A stretch of DNA of 64,000 bases from Candidatus Eiseniibacteriota bacterium (GCA_031370785.1 JANMQY010000016.1:69711-133710), one strand, 5' to 3'; numbered from the stretch's first letter, positions 49,910 through 60,532 are shown. The notes: a model not told the origin generated them from the sequence alone. Program-made: numbers and translations.

Positions 49910-51397
49910 CTAGCGAATCTCGTAGTTGGGCGCTTCCTTCGTGATCGTGATGTCGTGCGGATGGCTCTCGCGCAGGCCGGCCGAGCTGATGCGCACGAAG
50001 CGCGTGCGCGTGCGCAGCTCCTCGATGGTGCGCACGCCGCAGTAGCCCATGCCCGCGCGCAGGCCTCCGACCATCTGGAACACCGAGGTGGAAAGCGGAC
50101 CCTTGAACGGCACGCGGCCCTCGATGCCTTCGGGAACCAGCTTCGACAGCTCGTCGGTGCCCTCCTGGAAGTAGCGCTCGCGGCTCCCGCGCGCGGCGGC
50201 CATCGCCGAGAGCGAGCCCATGCCGCGGTACACCTTGAAGGATCGGCCCTCGAGGAGCACGACTTCGCCGGGGCTTTCCTCAACGCCGGCGAACAGGCTG
50301 CCGATCATCACCGAGTGCGCGCCCGCCGCGATCGCCTTGACCACATCGCCGGTGTACTTGATCCCGCCGTCGGCGATGATCGGAACATCGCTGCCTTCGA
50401 GCGCTTTCGCCGCTTCGAGCACGGCGGTGATCTGTGCCATTCCCGAGCCAGTGACCACGCGCGTGGTGCAGATCGCACCCGGACCCATGCCGACCTTGAC
50501 CGCGTCGGCACCGGCGCCGGCGACCGCCTTCGCGCCCGCGCCGGTGCCCACGTTGCCGACCACCAGATCGACGTCGGGAAAGCGCTCGCGCATCTTCTCG
50601 GTCGCGGCGAGCACGCCGCGCGAGTGCGCGTGCGCGCTGTCCAGCACCAGCGCATCCACCCCGTTCCTGACCAGCTCCGCCGCGCGCTCGAGGTAGTCAC
50701 CGGACGCGCCCACCGCCGCGGCGACGCGCAGGCGCCCGAGCTTGTCCTTGCATGCGTCCGGGTGCTTGATGCGCTTCTCGATGTCCTTGACGGTGATCAG
50801 GCCCTTGAGCCGTCCGCTCTCGTCCACGATCGGCAGCTTCTCGATCCGGTACTTCGCCAGGATGGCGCGCGCCTGCTCGAGCGTGGTGCCGACCGGCCCG
50901 GTGATCAGGCGCTCGCGCGTCATCACCTCGCTGACGCGACGGGTGTCGTCGTCCTCGAAGCGCAGGTCACGGTTGGTGAGAATTCCGACCAGCCTGCCGT
51001 TCTCGGTGATCGGCACGCCCGAGATGTGGAATCGGGCGCAGACGTCGTGGGCCTCGCGCACCGTCGCGCTGGGCGGCAGCGTCACCGGATCCACGATCAT
51101 GCCGCTCTCGGAGCGCTTGACCAGGTCCACCTGCGCGCTCTGGTCGGCGATCGAGAGGTTCTTGTGGATCACACCGATCCCGCCCTCGCGCGCGAGCGCG
51201 ATCGCGAGCTCGGACTCGGTGACCGTGTCCATCGCGGCGCTCACGATCGGGACATTGAGCGTGATGTGGCGCGAGAAGCGGGTGGCGAGCGCGACCTCGC
51301 GCGGATGCACCTCTGAGAGCCGTGGCACCAGCAGCACGTCGTCGAACGTCAGGGCCTCGGGGCCCACCTTCTCTTCCCACGCCACTCGGTCGCTCAC
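49910..51397 (-). CDS. guaB: IMP dehydrogenase
   Basis: [21 protein letters not shown] pair, [15 protein letters not shown]. Confidence 0.97.
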   Translation of the reverse strand: MSDRVAWEEKVGPEALTFDDVLLVPRLSEVHPREVALATRFSRHITLNVPIVSAAMDTVTESELAIALAREGGIGVIHKNLSIADQSAQVDLVKRSESGMIVDPVTLPPSATVREAHDVCARFHISGVPITENGRLVGILTNRDLRFEDDDTRRVSEVMTRERLITGPVGTTLEQARAILAKYRIEKLPIVDESGRLKGLITVKDIEKRIKHPDACKDKLGRLRVAAAVGASGDYLERAAELVRNGVDALVLDSAHAHSRGVLAATEKMRERFPDVDLVVGNVGTGAGAKAVAGAGADAVKVGMGPGAICTTRVVTGSGMAQITAVLEAAKALEGSDVPIIADGGIKYTGDVVKAIAAGAHSVMIGSLFAGVEESPGEVVLLEGRSFKVYRGMGSLSAMAAARGSRERYFQEGTDELSKLVPEGIEGRVPFKGPLSTSVFQMVGGLRAGMGYCGVRTIEELRTRTRFVRISSAGLRESHPHDITITKEAPNYEIR

Positions 51398-51456
51398 CGC
51401 GCCCTAGCTCCCCTGAAACGCCGAAGCCGCGGCGGAAAGCGCCGCGACCTGGTGAA

Positions 51457-52269
51457 TCACTTTTTCTGCTTCTTTCCGGACGCCGGGAGTTTCGTGTCCG
51501 GCGCCTTTCGAGGCTTCACCACGTTGAAGTAGTAGTTCCCGCCGAGGCGCACCCCGACTGCCGAGAGCGTGCTGTTGAAACCCGAGGGAAACTGGTCGTC
51601 GCGCTTCGCGAAGATGTGATGCCCGTCCACCGTCAGCTCGACGCTGGTGGTGGTGAGCCCCTTGAAGAATCTCTCCGCGCCGAGCTCGAACGTGGCGCCC
51701 GGATAGACGCCGCGATGCAGGCGCAGCGTCACCGGGTCCTTCAGCACCTTGCGATGGTTCTCGACCCACACCCGGTACGCGCCGACCCCGGCGCCGGCGT
51801 GCCAGGTGAACTGCTTGCCACGAAGCACGAGCTGAAGCTGCGCGGTCGCGGGCGCCACCAGCGTCAGGTAGTTGTCCTTGGTCGAGTCGTTCGGAAAGTT
51901 CAGATCCTGGAAGGGCGCCGGCGTGCTCTTCTGCGAATAGCCGGCCCAAAAGAAACCCGGACTGATCTGCCAGCGCACCGATCGACCGACGTAGTACCGG
52001 AAGGTGCCAGCGAGCGAGATGCGGGCCAGAGATTCCTTCGAGTAATCCTCGGCGCCAGTCAGGAACGACCCGCCGAACTGACCGCCGATTCCACCGAACC
52101 CGCGTTTCGGACCGGTCTCCGCTGCGGGTGTCGCCGCGGGTGTCACCGCGGGTATCGCCGCGGGCGCCGCCGGAGTGTTGACGGAGAGCGAGTCCTGGGC
52201 AGCGCACACCGAGGCGACCGTGAGCAGCGCAAAGGCCGCGATGCTCACCCAGCGAAAGCGTGAAATCAT
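51457..52269 (-). CDS. Exported protein, probable outer-membrane beta-barrel
   Basis: Signal peptide, PAA(T/I) linker, amphipathic strands ending RLGGNYYF. Confidence 0.65.
   Translation of the reverse strand: MISRFRWVSIAAFALLTVASVCAAQDSLSVNTPAAPAAIPAVTPAATPAAETGPKRGFGGIGGQFGGSFLTGAEDYSKESLARISLAGTFRYYVGRSVRWQISPGFFWAGYSQKSTPAPFQDLNFPNDSTKDNYLTLVAPATAQLQLVLRGKQFTWHAGAGVGAYRVWVENHRKVLKDPVTLRLHRGVYPGATFELGAERFFKGLTTTSVELTVDGHHIFAKRDDQFPSGFNSTLSAVGVRLGGNYYFNVVKPRKAPDTKLPASGKKQKK
52124..52171. repeat. 12-bp tandem repeat (4 imperfect copies) encoding a Pro/Ala linker
   Basis: GCGGGTGTCGCC / GCGGGTGTCACC / GCGGGTATCGCC / GCGGGCGCCGCC. Confidence 0.7.
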
Positions 52270-52334
52270 GCGAAGGTAACTCCCTGTCCGATCGGAGCGG
52301 CTCAGCGGTGGGCCCGGTGCTGAATGAGCGCGGC

Positions 52335-52363
52335 AGTATAGGGAGGGCCCACAGCGAGGTCAA
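52335..52363 (-). promoter_or_regulatory. sigma70-type promoter of the beta-barrel/guaB operon
   Basis: TTGACC-17 nt-TATACT. Confidence 0.75.
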
Positions 52364-52513
52364 GACACGCCACGGTCTGAACTTGGGGCCTGGCGTCCGC
52401 GCGCGCGAACCTGCCCACGAAGGTGTCCGAATGTCGACGACGGCGTCAGCCGCGCGACACCTCGAGCGTCGGCGCGAGGCGAATCGGCGCGCGATTGCGA
52501 CGGACTCGGCCGC

Positions 52514-52529
52514 TGGAACGGTTGTTGCG
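52514..52529 (+). promoter_or_regulatory. sigma54 (-24/-12) promoter with no downstream ORF
   Basis: TGGAACGGTTGTTGCG with GG-N10-GC spacing. Confidence 0.6.
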
Positions 52530-52539
52530 GAAGACACGA

Positions 52540-52650
52540 TTCGCATCAACCGGGATCCCATCTCCACATCCGCAACACCATCCTCACCCCGAACCCTCCA
52601 GCACAAGCAGTTCAGAACTTCGCGGGGCCGGCCGCCAACCGGCCCCAGTC
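52540..52650 (+). ncRNA. Putative sigma54-dependent C/A-rich small RNA (~110 nt)
   Basis: Follows the -24/-12 motif; repeated CAUC(C)/CCUCC motifs; ends in hairpin GGGGCCGG-N7-CCGGCCCC (52624-52646); no start codon. Confidence 0.45.
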
Positions 52651-52734
52651 CCGGCACTCGCAGCGCGGTTTCGAGCAGCAATGACGGGCTCGCCCGCAGC
52701 CGCGCCTCGCGGACGCACCGAAGCTCTCGATTCT

Positions 52735-52764
52735 TTGACATCGCGGTTGCCGCGCCCTTAGACT
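52735..52764 (+). promoter_or_regulatory. sigma70-type promoter of secD-secF
   Basis: TTGACA-18 nt-TAGACT. Confidence 0.7.
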
Positions 52765-52845
52765 CCCGCCCTCATTTTGCCTGCGCACGTCAGGGCGGCG
52801 CTCGCCTTCCTCGCGCCGCCCGGCTGTTGACCTCTGGGGGATCCG

Positions 52846-54408
52846 ATGACCCGCACCGACCAGTGGAAGCTGGTGGGGGTGCTGGCGGTGACGCTCTTGG
52901 CCGCCTACTACCTCTATCCTTCCTACCGCTACTACACGCTCACGCCGGCACAGCGCGACAAGCTTCCCGCGCAGCAGCTCGCGGAGCTGCGCAGGAAGGC
53001 CATCCATCTCGGACTCGACCTGCAGGGCGGCATGCACCTGGTGCTCGAGGTGGACCGTTCGCGGCTGAATGCCGCCGAGGCCAAGGACGCGCCCGAGCGC
53101 GCGATGGAGATCATCCGTAACCGTATCGACCAGTTCGGCGTGGCCGAGCCGCTGATCCAGAAGGAAGGTGAGGACCGGATCGCGGTGCAGCTTCCGGGGC
53201 TCACCGATCGCCAGCGCGCCATCGACCTGATCGGCAAGACCGCGCTGCTCGAATTCAAGCTGGTGCGCACTCCAGAAGAAGTGAAGAACACCTTCGACAA
53301 GCTGGACGCCTTCCTCGCCGCGCGCGGAGTCGCGGGTCTCGACAGCTCGCTGCGCCGCACGCCACTGACCGGCCATCTGCTCTCGCTCGAGAGCTCGGCG
53401 TTCGTGCGCGACGAGGATCTGCCGACCGTCGAGCGTTTGCTCGCCACGCCCGGCATCGACTCGATCATTCCGGCCGACTCCCAGTTGCTGTGGGGCGATG
53501 CCCATCAGAGTTTCCAGGGCGTCACCGGACGCGCGCTCTACGTGGTCAAGAAAGAGCCCGAGATGACTGGCGGCTCGATCGCGGTGGCCGAGGCGCAGGT
53601 CGGCCTCGACCAGACTAACCCCGGCGCGTGGGGCGTCACCATGAAGCTCACGCCCAAGGGCCGCGCCGACTTCGCGCGCGTCACCGGCAATAATGTCGGC
53701 CGCCAGCTGGCGATCGTGCTGGACGGAGTGGTGAGCTCGGCGCCCAACATCCGCGAGCGCATTCCCTCGGGCAGCGCTTCGATCACCGGCAGCTTCGACG
53801 CCCAGACGGCGCGCGATCTCGCGATCGTGCTGCGCGCCGGCGCACTGCCGGCCCCGGTGCGCATCATCGAGGAGCGATCGGTCGGACCCTCGCTGGGAAG
53901 CGACTCGATCCAGGAGGGCATCACCGCCGGCTTGATCGGAACCGGGATGGTGATCGTGTTCATGGCGATCTACTACCAGCTGTCCGGCCTGATCGCGATC
54001 GTGGCGATGGTGCTCAACATCTTCTACCTGGTCGCGGCCATGGCCGGGTTCGGCGCGACCCTGACCCTGCCGGGTCTCGCCGGCATCGTGCTCACCATCG
54101 GCATGTCGGTGGACGCGAACGTTCTGATCTTCGAGCGCATCCGCGAAGAGCTGCGCAACCAGAAGAGCGTGCGCCAGTCGGTTCAGCTGGGCTACGACAA
54201 GGCGTTCCGCACCATTCTCGATGCCCACGTCACCACGATCATCAGCGCGCTCTTCCTGTTCCAGTTCGGCACCGGCCCGATCAAGGGCTTCGCGGTCACG
54301 CTGACCATCGGGCTGATCGCCAACATGTTCACCGCAGTCGTCTTCACGCGGATGATCTTCGACTTCATGCTGAGCCGCGCGGGCAAGACCGAGCGGATCA
54401 GCATCTGA
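52846..54408 (+). CDS. secD: Protein translocase subunit SecD
   Basis: LGLDLQGG, RNRIDQFGVAEP, LRAGALPAP, VDANVLIFERIREE. Confidence 0.97.
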   Translation: MTRTDQWKLVGVLAVTLLAAYYLYPSYRYYTLTPAQRDKLPAQQLAELRRKAIHLGLDLQGGMHLVLEVDRSRLNAAEAKDAPERAMEIIRNRIDQFGVAEPLIQKEGEDRIAVQLPGLTDRQRAIDLIGKTALLEFKLVRTPEEVKNTFDKLDAFLAARGVAGLDSSLRRTPLTGHLLSLESSAFVRDEDLPTVERLLATPGIDSIIPADSQLLWGDAHQSFQGVTGRALYVVKKEPEMTGGSIAVAEAQVGLDQTNPGAWGVTMKLTPKGRADFARVTGNNVGRQLAIVLDGVVSSAPNIRERIPSGSASITGSFDAQTARDLAIVLRAGALPAPVRIIEERSVGPSLGSDSIQEGITAGLIGTGMVIVFMAIYYQLSGLIAIVAMVLNIFYLVAAMAGFGATLTLPGLAGIVLTIGMSVDANVLIFERIREELRNQKSVRQSVQLGYDKAFRTILDAHVTTIISALFLFQFGTGPIKGFAVTLTIGLIANMFTAVVFTRMIFDFMLSRAGKTERISI

Positions 54409-54424
54409 CCGAGAGGCCGCACTC

Positions 54425-55345
54425 ATGATCCAGCTGCTCATCGGGACCAACATCCCGTTCATGCGCTACCGGCGCTTCACGTACATGTTCTCGGGCGCCC
54501 TGCTCCTCGCGACCACGATCTGGCTGGTGATGCATGGAGGGCCGAAGTACAGCGTGGACTTCACCGGAGGCAACCTGCTCCAGCTGCGGACCAGCCGCGT
54601 GCTGCCCGCCGACCAGGTGCGCTCCGCGCTCGATGGGGCCGGAATGCACGGCTACGAGCTGCAGCAGATGACCGGGGACCATCGCGACGAGTACCTGATC
54701 CGACTTCAGGGAGAGATCGGGGGGCAGGACGCGTTCCCGGGGATTCAGCGGGCGATCGAGAGCAAGTTCGACGGGGTCAAAGTCGAGCTGCGGCGCAACG
54801 AGCGGGTCGGGCCCAAGGTCGGAGGCGAGCTGCGCCAGAAGGCTTTGTGGGCGGTGCTCGGCAGCCTCGCCGGAATTCTGCTTTACGTCGGCATCCGATA
54901 TGAGTTCAAATTTGCATTCGGCGCCGTGGTGGCACTCTTCCACGACGTGTTCGTGACCCTGGGACTCCTGTGCTTCACCGGGCGTGAGGTGTCCCTGACC
55001 GTGGTCGCGGCGCTGCTCACCATTGCTGGCTACTCGATCAACGACACCATCGTCGTATTCGACCGCATCCGCGAACGCTCCAAGGCGCTGCGCAAGGAGA
55101 AGCACTCACGCGCCATGGACATGGCGGTCAACGAGACCCTGTCGCGCACCATGATCACCTCGCTGACGGTGTTCCTGACCGCCGTCGCGCTGTTCATCTG
55201 GGGCGGCGAAGTGCTGCGGGCCTTCTCGTTCGCGATGCTGGTCGGTGTCGGCTTCGGGACCTACTCGTCGGTTTACGTCGCCAGTGCGCTGGCGCTCGAC
55301 ATCTGGATCTGGCTGGATCGCCGCAAGGGCATCCAGGCCGAATGA
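54425..55345 (+). CDS. secF: Protein translocase subunit SecF
   Basis: VDFTGG, VGPKVG, HDV, GYSINDTIVVFDRIRE, GTYSS. Confidence 0.97.
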   Translation: MIQLLIGTNIPFMRYRRFTYMFSGALLLATTIWLVMHGGPKYSVDFTGGNLLQLRTSRVLPADQVRSALDGAGMHGYELQQMTGDHRDEYLIRLQGEIGGQDAFPGIQRAIESKFDGVKVELRRNERVGPKVGGELRQKALWAVLGSLAGILLYVGIRYEFKFAFGAVVALFHDVFVTLGLLCFTGREVSLTVVAALLTIAGYSINDTIVVFDRIRERSKALRKEKHSRAMDMAVNETLSRTMITSLTVFLTAVALFIWGGEVLRAFSFAMLVGVGFGTYSSVYVASALALDIWIWLDRRKGIQAE

Positions 55346-56391
55346 CCGAAAGGCTCGCAATGAATCGCAAATCCGCTTCGCGCCTCCTCGCCGTCGTGCT
55401 GATCGCGATCGCTGCGGGCTGCGCGAAGAAGATCACCAGCGTCGATCCTTCGTTCACCACGCCCGAGGGAACATTCTCGTCGGAGGCGCGACTCATCATC
55501 CACCCGGACTATCCGACCCAGCTCATGAACTACGCGGATCGTCCGCCGATCGGCGTCGGACCCGAAGATCCGCTGCTCGGCGTTACCGACCGCTACGCGC
55601 ACGGTCCCGGCGTGATGGTCGGCAATATCGTGGATGGAACCGCGGCGAACGCCTACCAGGTCCTGCGGCGCCAGCCCGGCGGCGGCTACGCGCCGCTCAA
55701 GGATTTCCTGCTGCGCCCCAGGCTGCGCTGGCTCGAATCCCAGAGCGAGATCTACGAGTTCCTGGACACCCAGCCAAATGACGGCTTCCTGCCCGCCACC
55801 TATCTTGGTCGCGGCCTGGTGTCGGGCACCATCACTCCCGGCGCACCGCTCACCAACGTCGGCACCGCGACCCCGGTCGCTCTCACCAACATGCGTTACA
55901 GCGGCATCGCGTTCCCGGCCGACTCGCTGTTCACGACCTCATGGGGCGCGGTTCCGGGTGCGGCGGGCTACTGGATCCAGGTCTATCAGTACGCGGCGGC
56001 CACGCCCGACCAGAAGGTGCTGAGCAGCGCGCCCGCGCCGCTCGCGCTCGGGCAGATTCGTGACTTCTTCGTGGCATACGTGAGCGCTCCGGACACGTCC
56101 TACAAGCTCGGCGACCCGAACGGCAAGGTGTTTGCGCGCAAGATCATTCTGAGGAACAGCGACTACAACGTGCGCATCGCCGCCGTGGACAGCGACGGCC
56201 GCCTGCTCGGATTCACGCGCGGCGATCTCGACACCCTGCGTTCAGGCACGGACTATTCGCTCTATTTCCGCGGTGGGGTGAAGGTTTCTCCGGGCGGCGG
56301 CGCTGCACCGCTCACGCACATGCACGGCGCGCCGCCGCTCGAAGCGCCGAGCATGGTCGCGAGCCGCCGGTCCTTCTCCTCCGGCCGCTGA
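55342..56391 (+). CDS. Lipoprotein of unknown function with an FnIII-like C-terminal half
   Basis: Lipobox IAAGC; SWGAVPGAAGY...YNVRIAAVD; ATGA overlap with secF (ATG 55360 is the alternative start). Confidence 0.75.
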   Translation: MTERLAMNRKSASRLLAVVLIAIAAGCAKKITSVDPSFTTPEGTFSSEARLIIHPDYPTQLMNYADRPPIGVGPEDPLLGVTDRYAHGPGVMVGNIVDGTAANAYQVLRRQPGGGYAPLKDFLLRPRLRWLESQSEIYEFLDTQPNDGFLPATYLGRGLVSGTITPGAPLTNVGTATPVALTNMRYSGIAFPADSLFTTSWGAVPGAAGYWIQVYQYAAATPDQKVLSSAPAPLALGQIRDFFVAYVSAPDTSYKLGDPNGKVFARKIILRNSDYNVRIAAVDSDGRLLGFTRGDLDTLRSGTDYSLYFRGGVKVSPGGGAAPLTHMHGAPPLEAPSMVASRRSFSSGR

Positions 56392-56498
56392 GACCGGCAC
56401 ACCCGCGGACTCGCATCGCGAGCCGCCGGGCAGGTTTCGAACGATGCCACGTCGCGCCCACCGCCGGCCGCGGGGCCCTTGGGGTCCAGGGAGCACGC

Positions 56499-57194
56499 AT
56501 GAGGGATTCTGCCCGAGCCGGGTGCTTCGCGCTCGTCGCCGCGCTCGCACTCGCCGCGCCGGCCGGCACCTACTCCCAGACGATTCCGCCCGGAGCGCGC
56601 GAATTCGGAATCGCCCGCCTCAAGTACGGGGGCGGCGGCGACTGGTACGAGGACCGGACCTCGATCGTGAATCTGCTGCGCGCGGTGCGCTCGCGCACCG
56701 CGATCCGGGTCGCCGGGGACCACGAGGCGGTGGTCGAGCCCGGATCCGCCGCGCTGTTCCAGTACCCGTTCGTGTTCGCGTGCGGGCACGGGAACATGAA
56801 GTTCACGCCGGGTGAGGTCGAGAACCTGCGCCGCTACCTGACCTCCGGCGGGTTCCTGTGGGTGGACGACGACTTCGGCATCGACCCTTCGTTCCGCCGC
56901 GAGATGAAGCGCGTCTTCCCCGACGACCCGATCGTCGAGCTGCCCTATTCGCACCCGATTTTTCATCAGCTTTACGATTTGCCGGCGGGTCTTCCCAAAG
57001 TCCACGAGCACGACGGGGGCCCGGCCCGGGCCTTCGCAATTGTTCACGGCGGAAGGCTGGTTGTATTCTATTCGTACGACTGCGACCTGGGAGACGGTCT
57101 GGAGGACGAGGAGATTCACCACGATCCGCCCAACAAACGCGAAGCTGCGCTGCTGATGGGGCTGAACATCGTGCACTTCACCCTGAGCCAGTAG
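56499..57194 (+). CDS. DUF4159-family exported protein
   Basis: IARLKYGGGGDWY, LFQYPF, LRRYL..GGFL, HPIFH, DLGDG; RBS GGAG. Confidence 0.85.
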   Translation: MRDSARAGCFALVAALALAAPAGTYSQTIPPGAREFGIARLKYGGGGDWYEDRTSIVNLLRAVRSRTAIRVAGDHEAVVEPGSAALFQYPFVFACGHGNMKFTPGEVENLRRYLTSGGFLWVDDDFGIDPSFRREMKRVFPDDPIVELPYSHPIFHQLYDLPAGLPKVHEHDGGPARAFAIVHGGRLVVFYSYDCDLGDGLEDEEIHHDPPNKREAALLMGLNIVHFTLSQ

Positions 57195-57232
57195 CCCTCC
57201 CACCGGGCCGCACCGGAACGACAGGACAGCGC

Positions 57233-60200
57233 GTGCCCGAGACTCTGCTTCCCGCCCTGCTTCACCGCCACCACGCCGCGCTCCGCCGCGCGTGGATGTT
57301 CCGTCACGTGTTCGGCGCCTTCGCCGCCATCGTGTTGCTGATCGCAGGCGCGGTGCTGCTCGGCGTGCTCGTCCCGCCGGGCCCCACTACGGCCTGGCTG
57401 CGCGCCACCCTGACCCTGCTCGCGGCGCTCGCGCTGGTGGTGCTCGCCGCGCGGCGTCAGATCGCGCGCGTGCCGCGTTTCAGCGCCTACCTCGAAGGCA
57501 TCGAGTCGCGCCATCCCGCGGTTCGCTCCTGGCTGCGCAATGCTCTCGAGCTCGAGGTCCAGCCGCCGGTCCATGGCTCGCGCGAACTGGCCGAAGCGCT
57601 TTCGCGGGAAACCGCGCAGCGCGTCGGGCAGCTCGACCTCGCCGGCCTCGCTCCGCGGCTCGAGCCGCGCCGCCCGGCGTGGATGCTCGGCGCCGGAATC
57701 GTGCTTCTGGTCGCGCTCGGCATCCTCACGCCGGCGCGCACCCAGCGCTCGTGGGCGACGCTGCTCGATCCCTCCGCCGCGGCTCCCGCGGTGGAATTGA
57801 GCGTCGAGCCGGGCGCGGTGCGCGTCTCACCCGGCGCAGCCCTCGCCATTCGCGCCCGCGTGGTCGGCACGCCGTCCCGGCCGCGCATCGCCCGCGATCA
57901 CGGTCCGGCGCCGGTGGCGACGCTCGAGGGGACTTCGGAAGGTGCGCGGGTCTGGCGCTTCGACCTGCCGCCGATCACGCGCGAGGATCACTACCGGGTG
58001 GCGGTGTTGCGGACCGCCAGCCCGCAGTACGCGATCACGCTCTCGGGGGAGCCGGCGCCGGTCAGCTTCGACGTCGAATACCGCGCGCCTGCCTACGCCC
58101 GGCTTCCGCTCCAGCGCGGCGCCTCGACCAGTGGCGACCTCTCTGCGCTGCGCGGCACGCACGCCAGGGTCGAGGTCACGTTCGACCGCGATCTCGCCGC
58201 GCTCCAAGTCTCGCTCCCCGGCGGCGCGCCGGCGCGCTTCCGCTCGCTCAGCCCGCGCCGCTGGGTTGGCGAGGTGCCGATCGAGCGCGAAGGCGAATGG
58301 CGGCTCGATGCGCGCGCCGGCACCGGCCAGACGGCTCTGCGCTATCGCATCACTCCGCTCGCCGATGCGCCGCCGGTGATCGCGGTGCGCGTGCCCTTGA
58401 CCGACCTCGACCTGCCCGCGGGACAGCAGATTCCGCTCGACGTGGTCGGGCAGGACGACCTCGGGCTGTCCGCACTCGAGCTGCAGGTGCGCAAGGACCC
58501 GGCCGCGCCGTGGACCCGGGTCCCTCTGGCACGGTTCGAGCGCGAGCCGCGCGAGGCCGGACTCGCCTCGCGCTGGGATGCGTCCTCGCTCGGGCTGCTT
58601 CCCGGGGAAACCGCGACCTTCCGCTTCGCCCTCTACGACAACAACGCCTCCGGCCGCGGGGTGGCGCTGAGCCCGACCTTCGAGCTGCGTTTCCCCTCGC
58701 TCGCCCAGCTCTACGACAACATCGACCAGCAGCAGGCCCATTCGCAGAACACGCTCGAAAAGGTCGCGGATCAGACTCGCGAGCTTCAGAAGCAGCTCGA
58801 CAAGATGGCGCGCCAGGCGCCGACCTCGACGCCGCAGGGAGCGCAGAGCTTCGAGCGCCAGGAGGAGATGAAGAACGCGCTCGAGCATCAGGCGGCGATC
58901 TCACAGAAGCTCGACGATGCAGCGCAGCAGCTGCGCCAGACGCTCGAGCAGGCCGGCGAGCGCAAGGCGTTCAGCGAGGAGCTGACACGCAAGCTGCGCG
59001 AGCTGTCCGAGTTGATGAACCAGATCCAGTCACCGGAGCTCAAGGATGCGCTCGCGAAGATGCAGCAGGCGCTCGAGCAGATGGATCGGCAGTCGCTGGA
59101 GCAGAACCTGCCGGAATGGCGCAGGCAGACCCAGGAGACGCTGGCCAACCTCGAGCGCTCGATCGAGCTGATGAAGCGCCTGCGCGAAGAGGAGAAGCTC
59201 GACGCGTTCTCGAAGCGCGCCGAGGAGCTCGAGCGCGAGCAGGACGCGCTCAATCAGGAGCACGCATCCGAATCGCAGAAGGACGGCACCGAGCACGACT
59301 CGAAAGACGCCGCGAAGCTCTCCGAGAAACAGCAGCAGGCCTCCAAAGGCTCGCAGAAGCTGGCCGAGGACGTGAAGCAGACGCAGCAGCAGATGGATCG
59401 GGCCGAAGCCCAGCAGCAGCTGGAGCAGGCGCAACAGGAGCTCACCAAAGAGGCCGCCGAGCCGCAGAGTGAAGCGGCACAGTCGACCAGCGGCGGAAAG
59501 CCGCAGCAGGCTCTGCAGCAGGGTCAGCGCGCGAGCGCGGGTCTCAAGCGCGCCGGCCAGCGCTTCCAGCAGCTCTCCGAGCAGATGCGCCGCGAACGCG
59601 AAGGCGCCGACGTCGCCGCGGTGAGGCGCGCGGCGCAGGACCTGGTCTCGCTTCAGCGCGAGAGCGAGAGCAACCTCTCTTCGAGCGCGCCGCTGGCGCA
59701 GCGCTCCGACCGTCAGACCGACCTTTCGGAAGGCGTGTCGCGGGTCACGGATTCGCTCAGCACGCTCGCCGACAAGACTCCGTTCCTCTCGCCCAGGCTG
59801 CGCGAGTCGCTCGGGCGCGCGATCCAGAGTTTCTCCGCTTCGGGGCGTCAGATGGGCGTCGGCGACCGCCAGCAGGGCGAAGAGGCGGGACGGACCGGCA
59901 GCGCGGCGCTCAACGAGGCGGTGCTCTCGCTGCGCCAGACCGAGAGCGCGATGTGCCAGAAGCCCGGCGAGAATCCCGGCGGCCGCAACAACGCCGAGCG
60001 CATGGGCGAGATGGGCCGCCAGCAGAGCCAGCTCAATCAGGAGAGTCGCTCGCTCGCGCAGCGCCTCAGCCAGCAGATGCGCCTTTCGACCGGCGACCGC
60101 CAGGAGATGCAGCGGCTCTCGCAGGAACAGCAGCGCATCCGCGAGCAGGTCGAGCAGATGCAGCAGGACGAGGAGCGCAACCGGCAGCTGCTCGGCCGGC

Positions 60201-60532
60201 TCGACGCGGCGCGGCGCGACATGCAGGACGTCGAGGAAGCGCTGCGCGCGGGCCCGGCCGGCGATGAGATCGAGGAGAAGCAGCAGCGCATCCTGTCGCG
60301 GCTGCTCGACGCCCAGCGCTCGGTGAATCAGCGTGACTTCAACCCCGAGCGTGAATCGCGCACCGGAGGCGACATCTCCCGCGCCTCGCCCGCGGAGCTG
60401 CCGCGCGATCTCATGCGCGAAACCGACCGGCTGCGTCTCGATCTGCTCAAGGCCGAGGCCGACCGCTATCCGGCGCAGTACCGCGCCTTCATCGAAGCCT
60501 ATCTGCGTTCTCTGAACGCGAGCCGGCGATGA
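57233..60532 (+). CDS. Large membrane-anchored Gln/Glu-rich coiled-coil protein (DUF4175-like)
   Basis: N-terminal TMs, Ig-like region with DAPP and DDLGL, long Q/E helices, C-terminal YPAQYRAFIEAYLRSL. Confidence 0.75.
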   Translation: MPETLLPALLHRHHAALRRAWMFRHVFGAFAAIVLLIAGAVLLGVLVPPGPTTAWLRATLTLLAALALVVLAARRQIARVPRFSAYLEGIESRHPAVRSWLRNALELEVQPPVHGSRELAEALSRETAQRVGQLDLAGLAPRLEPRRPAWMLGAGIVLLVALGILTPARTQRSWATLLDPSAAAPAVELSVEPGAVRVSPGAALAIRARVVGTPSRPRIARDHGPAPVATLEGTSEGARVWRFDLPPITREDHYRVAVLRTASPQYAITLSGEPAPVSFDVEYRAPAYARLPLQRGASTSGDLSALRGTHARVEVTFDRDLAALQVSLPGGAPARFRSLSPRRWVGEVPIEREGEWRLDARAGTGQTALRYRITPLADAPPVIAVRVPLTDLDLPAGQQIPLDVVGQDDLGLSALELQVRKDPAAPWTRVPLARFEREPREAGLASRWDASSLGLLPGETATFRFALYDNNASGRGVALSPTFELRFPSLAQLYDNIDQQQAHSQNTLEKVADQTRELQKQLDKMARQAPTSTPQGAQSFERQEEMKNALEHQAAISQKLDDAAQQLRQTLEQAGERKAFSEELTRKLRELSELMNQIQSPELKDALAKMQQALEQMDRQSLEQNLPEWRRQTQETLANLERSIELMKRLREEEKLDAFSKRAEELEREQDALNQEHASESQKDGTEHDSKDAAKLSEKQQQASKGSQKLAEDVKQTQQQMDRAEAQQQLEQAQQELTKEAAEPQSEAAQSTSGGKPQQALQQGQRASAGLKRAGQRFQQLSEQMRREREGADVAAVRRAAQDLVSLQRESESNLSSSAPLAQRSDRQTDLSEGVSRVTDSLSTLADKTPFLSPRLRESLGRAIQSFSASGRQMGVGDRQQGEEAGRTGSAALNEAVLSLRQTESAMCQKPGENPGGRNNAERMGEMGRQQSQLNQESRSLAQRLSQQMRLSTGDRQEMQRLSQEQQRIREQVEQMQQDEERNRQLLGRLDAARRDMQDVEEALRAGPAGDEIEEKQQRILSRLLDAQRSVNQRDFNPERESRTGGDISRASPAELPRDLMRETDRLRLDLLKAEADRYPAQYRAFIEAYLRSLNASRR

